Shown here: positions 9,576 through 19,941 of the stretch, piece after piece
Position numbering within the stretch: the stretch's first letter is position 1
Layout: each line of letters starts with the position of its first letter
Assembly (NCBI GenBank): GCA_963708135.1
Contig: OY970192.1
Coordinates: 1,888,001-1,952,000 of the forward strand
DNA from: an uncultured Gemmatimonadales bacterium
Lineage (GTDB): Bacteria > Gemmatimonadota > Gemmatimonadetes > Longimicrobiales > RSA9
Direction of reading: 5' to 3'
DNA length: 64,000 nt
Notes under the pieces: model-generated
The model's input: only the letters and a program-made list of their open reading frames with translations
Databases searched by the model: none
Told to the model about the DNA's origin: nothing
Program-made: the position numbers and the translations under genes

Positions 9576-10876
9576 CTCGCCCCCAGCGCCCGGCGCGCGG
9601 TGTCGAGCGCCGCCCAGAACCCGGGAAAGCTGACGCCCACCACGTCGCGGTCGTCGATCTCGATGGCGTTCCCCGGCAGGGCGGCGAGCACGCCGAAGGC
9701 CATGGCGATGCGGTGGTCACCGTGCGTGGCGACCCGGCCGCGGAGTGGCTGCTGCCCGCCGACCACCACGAGCCCGTCCGGCAGCTCATCCGCCTTCGTG
9801 CCGAGGGCGCGCAGGTTGGCCGCCAGCGCGGTCAGCCGATCCGATTCCTTGACCCGCAGCTCGCCGGCCCCGGTGATCCGCGTCTCGCCCTCGGCCCGAG
9901 CCGCGAGGATGGCCAGGATCGGCACCTCGTCGATGAGGGCCGGGATCTCGGGCGGCAGGACCTCCGTGCCCCGGAGCGGCGCCGGAGCGGCCAGCAGGTC
10001 GGCCACCGGCTCGTCCGCCTCGAGGCGCTCCTCCGTCCGCTCGATCGCCATCCCCATGCGGCGCAGGACGGACAGGAGCCCGGTGCGCGCCGGGTTGACT
10101 CCGACACCCGGGAGACGGAGCGTCCCGGCTGGCGCCAGCGCCGCCAGCGCCAGGAAGAACGCCGCCGAGGAGAAGTCACCGGGGACGCGCAGATCGAGCG
10201 GCTCGAGCCGGGCCGGGGGCTCGAGTCGAGCGTATGGACGCGCTTCCTCATCGAGGCCGCTCTCCACCACGACGCCCATTGCGCGCAGCATGCGCTCCGT
10301 ATGGTCGCGCGAGAGCGTCGGCTCCCGCGTGCGCACCGCGACCCCCCCGCTCAGGCCCGCGAGGAGCAGGGCGCTCTTGACCTGGGCGCTGGCACGCGGG
10401 CTCGCGTAGTCGATCGGCCGGAGCCCCCCGCCGCCCACCTCCACCGGCAGCCGGTCCGGCGCGCCGAGCTCGCGGAAGACGGCGCCCATCGCCTCGAGCG
10501 GCTCCGTCACGCGGCGCATCGGGCGCCCGCGCAGTGACGCATCGCCGGTCAGCGTCGCCGCGAACGGGTGGCCGGCCAGGGTCCCGAGCAGCAGGCGCGC
10601 GGTGGTGCCGCTGTTTCCGCAGTCGATCGGCACCGGCGGCGGCGTGAGCCCCCGCACACCGCGCCCCGACACGATGATCTCCGCCCCGTCCGGCGGCAGC
10701 GCGGGCACGGCGCAGCCGAGCGCCCGCAGCGCCGCCGCCGTGGAGCGCGGGTCTTCCGCCGGGAGCAGCCCGCGCAGCCGGCTGCGGCCGTCCGCCAGGG
10801 CGGCCAGCAGCAGGGCCCGGTGCGTGACCGACTTGTCACCCGGAACCCTGACCTCCGCCGCGGCGCGCTCAGGCAT
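9572..10876 (-). CDS. aroA: 3-phosphoshikimate 1-carboxyvinyltransferase (EPSP synthase)
   Basis: PGDKSVTHRA, DCGNSGTTARL, SAQVKSA, RDHTERML, ELRVKESDRL, DHRIAM. Confidence 0.96.
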   Translation of the reverse strand: MPERAAAEVRVPGDKSVTHRALLLAALADGRSRLRGLLPAEDPRSTAAALRALGCAVPALPPDGAEIIVSGRGVRGLTPPPVPIDCGNSGTTARLLLGTLAGHPFAATLTGDASLRGRPMRRVTEPLEAMGAVFRELGAPDRLPVEVGGGGLRPIDYASPRASAQVKSALLLAGLSGGVAVRTREPTLSRDHTERMLRAMGVVVESGLDEEARPYARLEPPARLEPLDLRVPGDFSSAAFFLALAALAPAGTLRLPGVGVNPARTGLLSVLRRMGMAIERTEERLEADEPVADLLAAPAPLRGTEVLPPEIPALIDEVPILAILAARAEGETRITGAGELRVKESDRLTALAANLRALGTKADELPDGLVVVGGQQPLRGRVATHGDHRIAMAFGVLAALPGNAIEIDDRDVVGVSFPGFWAALDTARRALGAR

Positions 10877-11789
10877 CTTCGGGCGGGTATGGGACCTCGA
10901 TCTCGAGACCGTCCCACGCGACCACCGAGCGGCCGAACACCTCGCGTGCCTCCCGCTCGAGCGCCCTTGGATCCTCGGCGTAGCGGGATGAGATGTGCGT
11001 CAGAACGAGCCGGGCCACGCCGGCCCTGCGCGCGATGTCGGCGGCCTCGCGTGCGGTCGAGTGTCCGGTGCCCCGCGCGCGCTCCGCCTCCTCCTCGGCG
11101 AACGTGGCGTCGTGGATCAGCAGGTCGGCGCCGCGCGCGGCATCCACGGTGTCGCGGCAGGGGCGGGTGTCGCCGGTGTAGACGATCCGCCGCCCCGGGC
11201 GCGGCGCTCCCACCACCTCGGCCGGCGTGACGATGCGGCCATCCACCTCGACCGCTTCGCCCCGGTGCAGTCGCCCGAACGCCGGCCCCTCCGGCACGCC
11301 CAGCTCGCGGGCGCGATCCGGGTTGAAGCGGCCCAGCCTCTCCGCCTCGACCAGTGCGTAGCCGACCGCGCGCGTCCCGTGCTGGGCGCGCCAGGCGAGG
11401 ATCTGGTAGCCGTCGCGCGTCACACGCTCGCCCGGCTGCAGCTCGCGAATCTCGATCTCGAACGGGACCCGGTCCACCCCGAGGTGCACGGCCTCGCGGA
11501 GCACGGGGCCCGCGCCCTCCGGCCCCCAAAGCCGCATCGGCTCCGTCCGCCCCTGGAGCCCGAGCGTGCGTAGCAGCCCGATCACGCCGAGGAAGTGGTC
11601 CGCGTGCATGTGCGTGAAGAAGATGTCGGCGAGGTTGAACCCGGAGCCATAGCGCATCATCTGCCGCTGGGTGCCCTCGCCGCAGTCGAACATGAGCGTC
11701 TCGCCCTCGCGGTGCAGGACCAGCGCGCTGACGTTCCGTCCGACCGTCGGGCGGCTCGCGGCCGTGCCCAGGAAGGTGATCCGGATCAC
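10869..11789 (-). CDS. rnz: Ribonuclease Z
   Basis: FLGTAASRPT, FDCGEGTQRQ, THMHADH metallo-beta-lactamase motif, GP exosite, GHST, LTHISSRY. Confidence 0.95.
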   Translation of the reverse strand: MIRITFLGTAASRPTVGRNVSALVLHREGETLMFDCGEGTQRQMMRYGSGFNLADIFFTHMHADHFLGVIGLLRTLGLQGRTEPMRLWGPEGAGPVLREAVHLGVDRVPFEIEIRELQPGERVTRDGYQILAWRAQHGTRAVGYALVEAERLGRFNPDRARELGVPEGPAFGRLHRGEAVEVDGRIVTPAEVVGAPRPGRRIVYTGDTRPCRDTVDAARGADLLIHDATFAEEEAERARGTGHSTAREAADIARRAGVARLVLTHISSRYAEDPRALEREAREVFGRSVVAWDGLEIEVPYPPEDA

Positions 11790-11790
11790 C

Positions 11791-12123
11791 TCACCCCCTC
11801 CGCCGCCAGGCGTGGAGGAGCCACAGCGGTGCGCACGCGGCGTAGATCACCGCCGCGCGGTGCGTGAAGGATGGGCCGATGAGCAGCACGCCCCACCCGA
11901 GCACCCGCACGACCGCGCCCCATTGCCGCCTCCGCGCTCTCGACCGCCACTGCCGCGCCTCCGCCATTCCGGTGAGATCCCCGCGCTTCGCCCGCGTCTC
12001 CTCCGCGTCTCCGGCCACGAAGCGCTCCGCCCCCGCGCGCAGCAGCCGGTACAGCGCCCGGGCGAAGAGCCACAGCAACGCTGCCAGCCCCAACGCGCCG
12101 AGGAGGAGGATGAGCGAGCGCAT
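11791..12123 (-). CDS. Hypothetical small membrane protein
   Basis: 110-aa ORF with three hydrophobic segments, abutting rnz in the same orientation. Confidence 0.6.
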   Translation of the reverse strand: MRSLILLLGALGLAALLWLFARALYRLLRAGAERFVAGDAEETRAKRGDLTGMAEARQWRSRARRRQWGAVVRVLGWGVLLIGPSFTHRAAVIYAACAPLWLLHAWRRRG

Positions 12124-12244
12124 CCGTGAAGCTACCCCGCCGCGCGCGGCCGCGGCAACACGCCCGCGGCCACTCCTGCGACCCCCGGCGCGCCCCGCCT
12201 GAACATACAGGCGCCGCCGCGGCGAGCCGCGGCGGCGCCTGCGA

Positions 12245-12327
12245 TGCCGGGGGTGGGATTCGAACCCACAAGGCCTCTCGGCCAGCCGGGTTTAAGCCGG
12301 CCGCGTATACCGTTTCGCCACCCCGGC
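12245..12327 (-). tRNA. tRNA-Leu (UAA)
   Basis: GCCGGGG acceptor stem, anticodon arm GCCGG-CTTAAAC-CCGGC, long variable arm, GTTCGAATC T-loop; CCA not encoded. Confidence 0.93.
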
Positions 12328-12362
12328 GGAGCGGGCGAATCTACAACCGCGCGGGACCCGTC

Positions 12363-13031
12363 TCAATCCCCGCCAGCCGCGGCGGCGCGCAGCGCGGCGA
12401 GGTTCTCGGCTACAGCGCCGTCGCCGAAGATGGCGGCGCCGGCCACGAGCACGTTGGCGCCGGCGGCCGCGACCTCGGGCGCCGTGGCGGGGGAGATGCC
12501 GCCGTCCACCTCGAGCGCGATCCCCGTGAGGCCGCGCTCCTCGAGCATGCGCCGCAGCCGGGCGATCTTGACGGTGCTGGTCGGAATGTAGCGCTGGCCG
12601 CCGAACCCGGGGTTCACGCTCATGACGAGCACGAGGTCGATGTAGGGGAGGATCTCGTCCAGGGTGGCAAGCGGCGTGGCGGGATTCACGGCCACGCCCG
12701 GACGCACCCCGAGCTCCCGGATCGCCTCCACCGTCCGGTGCAGGTGGACGCACGCCTCCTGGTGCACCGTCAGCCGATCGGCCCCGGCCGCCACGAACGC
12801 CTCGGCGTAACGCTCCGGGTGCTCGATCATGAGGTGGACGTCCAGGGGCAGCTCCGTCACCCGCCGCACGGCGGCGATGACCGCGGGTCCGAGCGTGAGG
12901 TTCGGCACGAAGTGGCCATCCATGACGTCCACGTGAATCCAGTCCGCGCCCGCGGAGGCGGCCGCGTCGATCGCCTCGGCCAGCCGCGCGAAGTCCGCCG
13001 ACAGGATCGACGGCGCGATGCGCACGCTCAC
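12363..13031 (-). CDS. rpe: Ribulose-phosphate 3-epimerase
   Basis: IAPSILSADF, HVDVMDGHFVPN, DVHLM, MSVNPGFGGQ, EVDGG. Confidence 0.97.
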   Translation of the reverse strand: MSVRIAPSILSADFARLAEAIDAAASAGADWIHVDVMDGHFVPNLTLGPAVIAAVRRVTELPLDVHLMIEHPERYAEAFVAAGADRLTVHQEACVHLHRTVEAIRELGVRPGVAVNPATPLATLDEILPYIDLVLVMSVNPGFGGQRYIPTSTVKIARLRRMLEERGLTGIALEVDGGISPATAPEVAAAGANVLVAGAAIFGDGAVAENLAALRAAAAGGD

Positions 13032-13735
13032 GTGGCCGCGCCCTCCGCGCTGAGGACGCGCGTGCCGCCAGGCCCGCCCACCACCACGACGTCCGCAAGG
13101 CTCAGGAACAGGCCGGACTCCACGACCCCGGCGTGTTGCCGCAGCTCCCGCTGGAGCCGCACGGGCTCCGTGATGCCGGCCTCGAATCGGCAGTCGAACA
13201 TGTAGTGCCCGCCGTCGGTTACGAACGGGCTGCCGTTCGGGCTCATCCGCAGCGTTGGCTGCGCGCCGAGATGGTCCAGGAAGGAGAGGTGGGTGTTCCA
13301 GCCGAACGGGACGACTTCCACCGGAAGCGGCGCCCGCTCCCCGAGCCGCTGGACCAGCTTGCCCTCATCGGCCACGATCAGCAGCCGCTCCGACGCGCAC
13401 GCCACGATCTTCTCCCACAGGAGCGCGCCCCCGAGCCCCTTGATCAGGTTCAGCTGCGGGTCGATCTCGTCCGCGCCATCCAGCGTCAGGTCGATGCGCG
13501 GCTCCTGCTCCAGCGTGGCGAGCCGCAACCCCAGCTCCCGCGCGTACCACTCCGTGGCACGCGACGTCGTGACGCCCACCACGCGCCGCAGCGCGCCCCC
13601 CTGCCGGCGCTCCGAGAGCACGTCCATCACGTGCCGCGCGGTCGAGCCCGTGCCGAGGCCCAGCACCATCCCGTCCTCGACGAAGTCCACCGCGCGTTCC
13701 GCGGCAGCGCGCTTCAGCCGCTCGATCTCGTTCAA
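13028..13735 (-). CDS. rpiA: Ribose-5-phosphate isomerase A
   Basis: GLGTGST, DGADE, IKGLGGALLWEKI, PVEVVPF. Confidence 0.96.
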   Translation of the reverse strand: MNEIERLKRAAAERAVDFVEDGMVLGLGTGSTARHVMDVLSERRQGGALRRVVGVTTSRATEWYARELGLRLATLEQEPRIDLTLDGADEIDPQLNLIKGLGGALLWEKIVACASERLLIVADEGKLVQRLGERAPLPVEVVPFGWNTHLSFLDHLGAQPTLRMSPNGSPFVTDGGHYMFDCRFEAGITEPVRLQRELRQHAGVVESGLFLSLADVVVVGGPGGTRVLSAEGAAT

Positions 13736-13873
13736 GCCGGGAACCGCCGCAGCAGGTCCGTCATCTCGGCGGCTCCGTTCACGATTTTCCCGTCCATGTC
13801 GGCAGAAATCCGGCTCCGAGTGGGTGCTCCGGCTGCGTCGTCCGGCAATCTACGCACGTCAATTCACGCATGC

Positions 13874-13906
13874 AAAAAAAGGACGCCCGGCCGAGGCCGG
13901 GCGTCC
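13874..13906 (-). terminator. Intrinsic terminator downstream of the outer-membrane protein gene
   Basis: GGACGCCCGGCC/GGCCGGGCGTCC perfect inverted repeat followed by T7 on the minus strand. Confidence 0.88.
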
Positions 13907-13931
13907 CGTGCTTCCCTGCGATGCGCTCCGC

Positions 13932-15323
13932 TCAGTCGCCGCGGACCTTGCGCACCTGCTCCTGCAACTGCACCGGCTGGAACACGCAGCCCGTGGGCTG
14001 CAGCGGCGTGTACAGAACCTTCATGTTGTTCAGGTCCATCCGGACCTTGCGGTTGGTGTCCACAACCGTCGTGAGCTCACCGGGCGTCGTGGTGTTCAGG
14101 TCCGTCATGAGCTGCGCCGCCTGGTCCTTGTCGGCGTAGACCGGCATGCCGTTCACCGTGCCGACGAAGGTGAGGTCGGTCGGCTCGATCATGCGCGAGC
14201 TGCCGAAGCTGACGTACTTGACCTGCCGCGTCTGCCCGATCACCAGCGGCTGGCCCTGGATGTACCAGGTCGCGTTCGACGCCACCGGCACCGTGCCCAC
14301 CGCCTGGCTGATCGCCACTTCCTGCCCGTTCACCGTCACCGTCGTGTCGCCCGTCGACGGCGTGAACGTCGCCGTCATCGTGCGCAGCCCGTTCGGCGCG
14401 GTCACATCCACCGTGCACACGCTCACCGTCTGCGTCTCCGGAGCCGGCGCGGGGGCCGGAGCCGGGGCCGGCGGCGGCGGCGGAGCCGGCGCGGGCGCGA
14501 TCGCCACGACCGGCGCTGAGGCCAGGCCCATGAGCAGGTGCAGCCCGACCTGTACGTACGGCTCGTTCACCGTGTGCCCGACCTTCGTGTCACTGTTCGT
14601 GGCCGTCACCAGCGTCGGGTACGCCGTCGGCGAGACCGCGATCATCGGCGCCTTCCAGATCCGGTCGCCGACCTCGGTGCGGATGGCGAAGTGCGGCGCC
14701 ACGCGCCAGTCGGCGCCCAGCCCGACCAGCCCCATCAGCACGTGCTCTTCGCTCAGGAAGTAGCTCTGCACGCCCGGCACCGTCAGGATGTTCGTGCCCT
14801 CCGGCGGCCCGTTGCAGATCCCCGTGTTCGGAGCGCACGCGAACGGAACGCCGTTCCACTGCTCGTTCGCGGTCGGGTCGTTCACGGAGTAGCTGTCCCA
14901 TGCCGGATTCGTCCACTTGTCGCCCAGACCCAGGGCCAGGTACGGAAGCAGCTCGAACCCGGGGAAGGTCGGCGCCGGCTTCTTGAACCGGAACATCAGG
15001 TCCCCGGTGCCGCTCCACAGGTTGTTGTCATGGAAGACGTCCACGTCCCCCGACTGCAGCTTCGTATCCGTGTACGTCATGTTCGCCCGCAGCCCGATCG
15101 ACGGCGTGAACCAGAAGCCCAGCTGGGCTCCTGTCAGCCAGTTCGGGTGGAACTTGACACCCGGGCCGTCCGTCGCTCCGAAGTCCTCCGGCTTGATCGA
15201 CTTCGTGTACCACGAGTAGCCGCCGTTCACACCCAGATCGAACCGCCAGCTCTGCGCCTGCAGCGGCCCGGCAGCCGCCGCCGTGGCCAACGCGGCAAAC
15301 GCGACCAGCTTTCTTCCGCTCAT
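13932..15323 (-). CDS. Exported outer-membrane beta-barrel protein with Pro/Ala linker and uncharacterised C-terminal domain
   Basis: SD GGAGATGAGG and signal peptide MSGRKLVAFAALATAAAAGPLQAQ. Amphipathic beta-strands (FDLGVNGGYSW, PYLALGLG, VGLGADW, YVQVGLHL) are followed by an APAPPPPPAPAPAPAP linker. Confidence 0.75.
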   Translation of the reverse strand: MSGRKLVAFAALATAAAAGPLQAQSWRFDLGVNGGYSWYTKSIKPEDFGATDGPGVKFHPNWLTGAQLGFWFTPSIGLRANMTYTDTKLQSGDVDVFHDNNLWSGTGDLMFRFKKPAPTFPGFELLPYLALGLGDKWTNPAWDSYSVNDPTANEQWNGVPFACAPNTGICNGPPEGTNILTVPGVQSYFLSEEHVLMGLVGLGADWRVAPHFAIRTEVGDRIWKAPMIAVSPTAYPTLVTATNSDTKVGHTVNEPYVQVGLHLLMGLASAPVVAIAPAPAPPPPPAPAPAPAPAPETQTVSVCTVDVTAPNGLRTMTATFTPSTGDTTVTVNGQEVAISQAVGTVPVASNATWYIQGQPLVIGQTRQVKYVSFGSSRMIEPTDLTFVGTVNGMPVYADKDQAAQLMTDLNTTTPGELTTVVDTNRKVRMDLNNMKVLYTPLQPTGCVFQPVQLQEQVRKVRGD

Positions 15324-15525
15324 ACCCTCATCTCCTCGTTCTAACACTGGTTGAGACTCCACTCCGAGCCGCCGTCGCCGGCCGTCATTGGCCGCCGGGC
15401 GGGGCGAACGCCCTTGCAGAATCCAGACCAGAGTCGAGTCGCTGCACGGGACCACAACAGATCCCCGCCTCGACCCCGGGAGAAACCACCCGGTCGGAGC
15501 CCGTGCGGGTTCCGCGGCCACGAAC

Positions 15526-15541
15526 GCAATTGCTGTTCCAA
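15526..15541 (-). promoter_or_regulatory. sigma54 (-24/-12) promoter for the outer-membrane protein gene
   Basis: TTGGAACAGCAATTGC, i.e. TGG-N-AC...TTGC with exact GG-N10-GC spacing, about 200 nt upstream of ATG 15323. Confidence 0.65.
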
Positions 15542-15810
15542 GTTTCGCGAAATCCGCCCCTCCCGGGGACCTGCGGCGCGGTGCGACCCGGGATTGGTAC
15601 GGACGAGATCCAGGACGGCCACCGGCCCACGACCGCAACCGCCGCGGCCACAATGACTTCCGAATCTCCGACCGGGTGCGGACCGGCCCCGCCGGACCGG
15701 CGCGGGAGACGCCGGACGCACGAACGCCGCGGGAACCCTCGTCCGCGGCGTTTTTGCATCTTCTTGTCGCTCCGGCCGGTCGGCTCCCGCCCCACCCGAC
15801 CCCGCCGGAG

Positions 15811-16500
15811 TTAGCCACCTTCGCTCTCCACCATGCGGAGGTGGCGCGCCTCGCGGGGGCCCGTGCCCTCCGAACGCTGCGGCACTGGGATCGTCCGCCC
15901 GGAACCGGGCGAAGGGAGGCGGTCCTCAGCGATCCGCGCGAGCGCCAGGTAATAGGCTACCTCGGCGATGCTGTCACGGACGTCGAGCGCCTCGAGGTAG
16001 AGCTCGACGGCCTCGGTGAACGGCATCTCCTTCTCGAGCAGCTCCACGAAGTCGAGCGCGTTCTCGACGTGTTGCTCGAGGAGCGCTACCTCGGTGCGGG
16101 CGGCGGCCAGTTCCACCCAGCGTCGGAGCTCGTCGTTGACGCGGCCCTTGAGGCGCTGCCGCAGCTGCCGGAAAAACGAGCGACCGCCCGTCTCCTCCTC
16201 CGACTCCGGTGGCTCCGCTTCAGGGATGGACTCCGGCCACCCGGCCGTGTCCGCGCGTTCGCCGATGATGGCCAGGGCCCGCGTGGTGATGGTGCGGGCC
16301 TCGTCATCGGAGAGGCGGAGCAGCCGCGTGTAGATGGCGAGCGCGCCCTCGAAGGGGACCTGCTCGCCGATCAGCTCGATAAGCCTGAGGATGTTGTCGA
16401 CATGGGAGCTTAGGAGTCGTTCCTGCGCTACCGCGACCGCGAGCTCGACCCGCCGGCGGAGCGGCTCGGAGAGGTCCCGGGACGCGAAGGGGTTTTTCAC
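15811..16500 (-). CDS. Hypothetical helical protein with internal tandem duplication
   Basis: GGAGG SD before GTG 16500; two similar halves, LRRRVELAVAVAQERLLSSHVDNIL.. and LRRWVELAAARTEVALLEQHVENAL.. Confidence 0.75.
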   Translation of the reverse strand: MKNPFASRDLSEPLRRRVELAVAVAQERLLSSHVDNILRLIELIGEQVPFEGALAIYTRLLRLSDDEARTITTRALAIIGERADTAGWPESIPEAEPPESEEETGGRSFFRQLRQRLKGRVNDELRRWVELAAARTEVALLEQHVENALDFVELLEKEMPFTEAVELYLEALDVRDSIAEVAYYLALARIAEDRLPSPGSGRTIPVPQRSEGTGPREARHLRMVESEGG

Positions 16501-16591
16501 GAAAATCGCCTCCGACTGAGCGATGAGAATCCGACGTTCTTGATGGTCCGGCCGGGGGCTCAAGTCGCAATTTCCGTTCCCTGCCCCTCCT

Positions 16592-18025
16592 TCAGGAAAG
16601 GGCCCTGCGCGCGGCGGCGAGCTGGGCCAGAACGGCGCCGCGGCCCGTCCCGCCGGGCACGCCCCGGGCATCGACGGACGCCGCGGCGCTGAGGGTCGGG
16701 CGGCCGCCCTGCACGAAGGCGGGATGGGCGTCCCGCCACGCCTCATCGGGCAGCTGCGCGAGCGGGACCCCGCGCTCGTCGGCGGCGCGCAGCAGGCGGC
16801 CGACCGCGCCATGGGCCTCGCGGAAGGGCACACCGCGGCGTACCAGCTCGTCGGCGAGATCGGTGGCGAGAAGGCCCTCGTCCTCGGCCGCCGCGGCGGT
16901 TCGCTCGGCCAGGATCTCGATGCCGGCCACCGTCTCTCGGGTGGCGGGGAGCAGGAGCAGGAGCGCGTCGACCGCGCCGAAGAGCAGCGTCTTGTCCTCC
17001 TGCAGATCCTTGCTGTACCCGGAGGGCAGGCCCTTGAGCATGGCGAGGGCGGCGGCGACATCGCCCGCCAGGCGAGCGGCCTTGCCGCGCGCCAGCTCGA
17101 GGCCGTCCGGATTGCGCTTCTGCGGCATGAGGCTGGAGCCGGTCGTGTAGGCCTCCGGAAGCCTGAGGAAGCCGAACTCCTCCGAGGAGTAGAGGATCAG
17201 GTCCTCGGCCAGGCGGGAGAGGTGCCCGGCCGTGAGCGCCGCGACGAAGACCAGCTCCACGACCCAGTCGCGGTCCCCGACCGCGTCGAGCGAGTTCTCC
17301 GAGACCGCGCGGAAGCCGAGCAGCTCCTTCAGGAGCGTGCGGTCCACGGGGAAGCCCGAGCCGGCAAGGGCGGCGGACCCGAGCGGCAGCGTGGAGGTGC
17401 GGCAGAGCGCGTCCGAGAGGCGCCGCCGATCGCGCTCGAGCGGCCAGAAATGGGAGAGCAGCCAGTGCGCGGCGCGCACCGGCTGGGCGCGGCGGAGGTG
17501 GGTGTAGGCGGGGATGAGCACATCGACGGAGGCGGCGGCCTTCTCCACGAGGGCCGAGCCCAGCGCGCGGAGCTCGTCGTCCAGCCGCTGGCCCGCCCGC
17601 AGTGCCCACAGGCGAGAGTCGGTGGCCACCTGGTCGTTCCGGGAGCGGCCGGTGTGCAGCTTCCCGGCCACGTCGCCGACCTCCTCGTAGAGGAGCCGCT
17701 CCACGAGCGTGTGGATGTCTTCGTCGGCGGCGCCGATGGCCGCTCCGTCGGCCAAACGCCGGGCCACGCGGGCGAGCCCGTGGTCGAGCGTCTGCGCCTC
17801 GTCGCGGGTCAGCACGCCGGCCCGCGTCAGCGCCTGCACCCATGCCCGGCTGGCCTCCACGTCTTCCGGCCAGAGGCGCTGGTCGACCTCCAGGCTCCGG
17901 TTCAGCTCGTCCAGGGCCGGCGCCGGGGGGACGCTGTAGCGCCCGCCCCAGAGCCGGTGCGTCCCCTGGTTCGCGGCTCTCTGGCCGCCGCGGCCCGTCG
18001 TGGTCTCGCCGTCAGCGTGGCCCAT
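16592..18025 (-). CDS. argH: Argininosuccinate lyase
   Basis: LWGGR, LHTGRSRNDQVATD, YTHLRRAQP, GSSLMPQKRNPD, YSKDLQEDK. Confidence 0.96.
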   Translation of the reverse strand: MGHADGETTTGRGGQRAANQGTHRLWGGRYSVPPAPALDELNRSLEVDQRLWPEDVEASRAWVQALTRAGVLTRDEAQTLDHGLARVARRLADGAAIGAADEDIHTLVERLLYEEVGDVAGKLHTGRSRNDQVATDSRLWALRAGQRLDDELRALGSALVEKAAASVDVLIPAYTHLRRAQPVRAAHWLLSHFWPLERDRRRLSDALCRTSTLPLGSAALAGSGFPVDRTLLKELLGFRAVSENSLDAVGDRDWVVELVFVAALTAGHLSRLAEDLILYSSEEFGFLRLPEAYTTGSSLMPQKRNPDGLELARGKAARLAGDVAAALAMLKGLPSGYSKDLQEDKTLLFGAVDALLLLLPATRETVAGIEILAERTAAAAEDEGLLATDLADELVRRGVPFREAHGAVGRLLRAADERGVPLAQLPDEAWRDAHPAFVQGGRPTLSAAASVDARGVPGGTGRGAVLAQLAAARRALS

Positions 18026-18046
18026 GGCCGATCCCTCCGGTCCCGC

Positions 18047-19336
<1,290 letters not shown>

Positions 19337-19362
19337 CCCTTTACCCTCCATCGGGGGCGAGA

Positions 19363-19941
19363 TCAGAAGTCGAGATCGCGAATCACCGCGATCTCCCGAC
19401 AGGTTGTACGCCTGGCGCAGCCGGCACAGTCGGCCGCGATCTTTTCCGGCAGCGTGGCGATCGGCTCGATCCGGAACCCCTGCCGCTGGAAGAAGCCCTC
19501 CTGCAGCGTGAGCGCGAACACCCGCCGGATCCCCAGCTGCCCCGCCTCTGCCACCACAGCCTCCACCAGGGAGCGCCCGAGTCCCTGCCCGTGACAGCGC
19601 TCCGCGACCGCCAGCCCGCAGACCTCCGCCAGCCGCGGCGAGTAAAGCCGCAGCCCGGCGCAGCCGACGATCCCCCGCGCGTCCACCGCCACCGTGAACT
19701 CGCGGATGTGGCGGCACACCTGCTCCGGCGTGCGCGGCAACAGGAGCCCCTGGCGCGCAAAGCCGTCCAGCAGCGCGTGCAGCTCCGGCGCGTCCGCGGG
19801 GCGCGCGCCCCGCAAGAGCGCCAGCGGCGACGCGGCCACGGCAGTGCCCGCATGCACGGCAACGCCCACCCCGGTCACCGCCAGCGGCCGAAGCGGCAGC
19901 TCGAAGCCGTCCTCCAGCACCCAGCGCAGTGCCGTGCTCAC
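19363..19941 (-). CDS. argA: GNAT amino-acid N-acetyltransferase (short ArgA type)
   Basis: [27 protein letters not shown], and the C-terminal KIAADCxxC..C.EIAV pattern of short N-acetylglutamate synthases; lies inside the arg operon. Confidence 0.75.
   Translation of the reverse strand: MSTALRWVLEDGFELPLRPLAVTGVGVAVHAGTAVAASPLALLRGARPADAPELHALLDGFARQGLLLPRTPEQVCRHIREFTVAVDARGIVGCAGLRLYSPRLAEVCGLAVAERCHGQGLGRSLVEAVVAEAGQLGIRRVFALTLQEGFFQRQGFRIEPIATLPEKIAADCAGCARRTTCREIAVIRDLDF

Noticed and set aside
5991..10409. 1472-aa plus-strand ORF and similar long antisense ORFs (3322-5328, 16724-19594, 31118-34285, 35543-38293)
   Set aside because: Antisense open frames opposite well-supported genes are expected at this GC content, and their translations are motif-free and often Arg/Pro/Ala-rich.
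12245..12327. bldA-like regulatory role for tRNA-Leu(UAA)
   Set aside because: Plausible in a GC-rich genome, but nothing in this window supports it beyond the presence of an ordinary tRNA.
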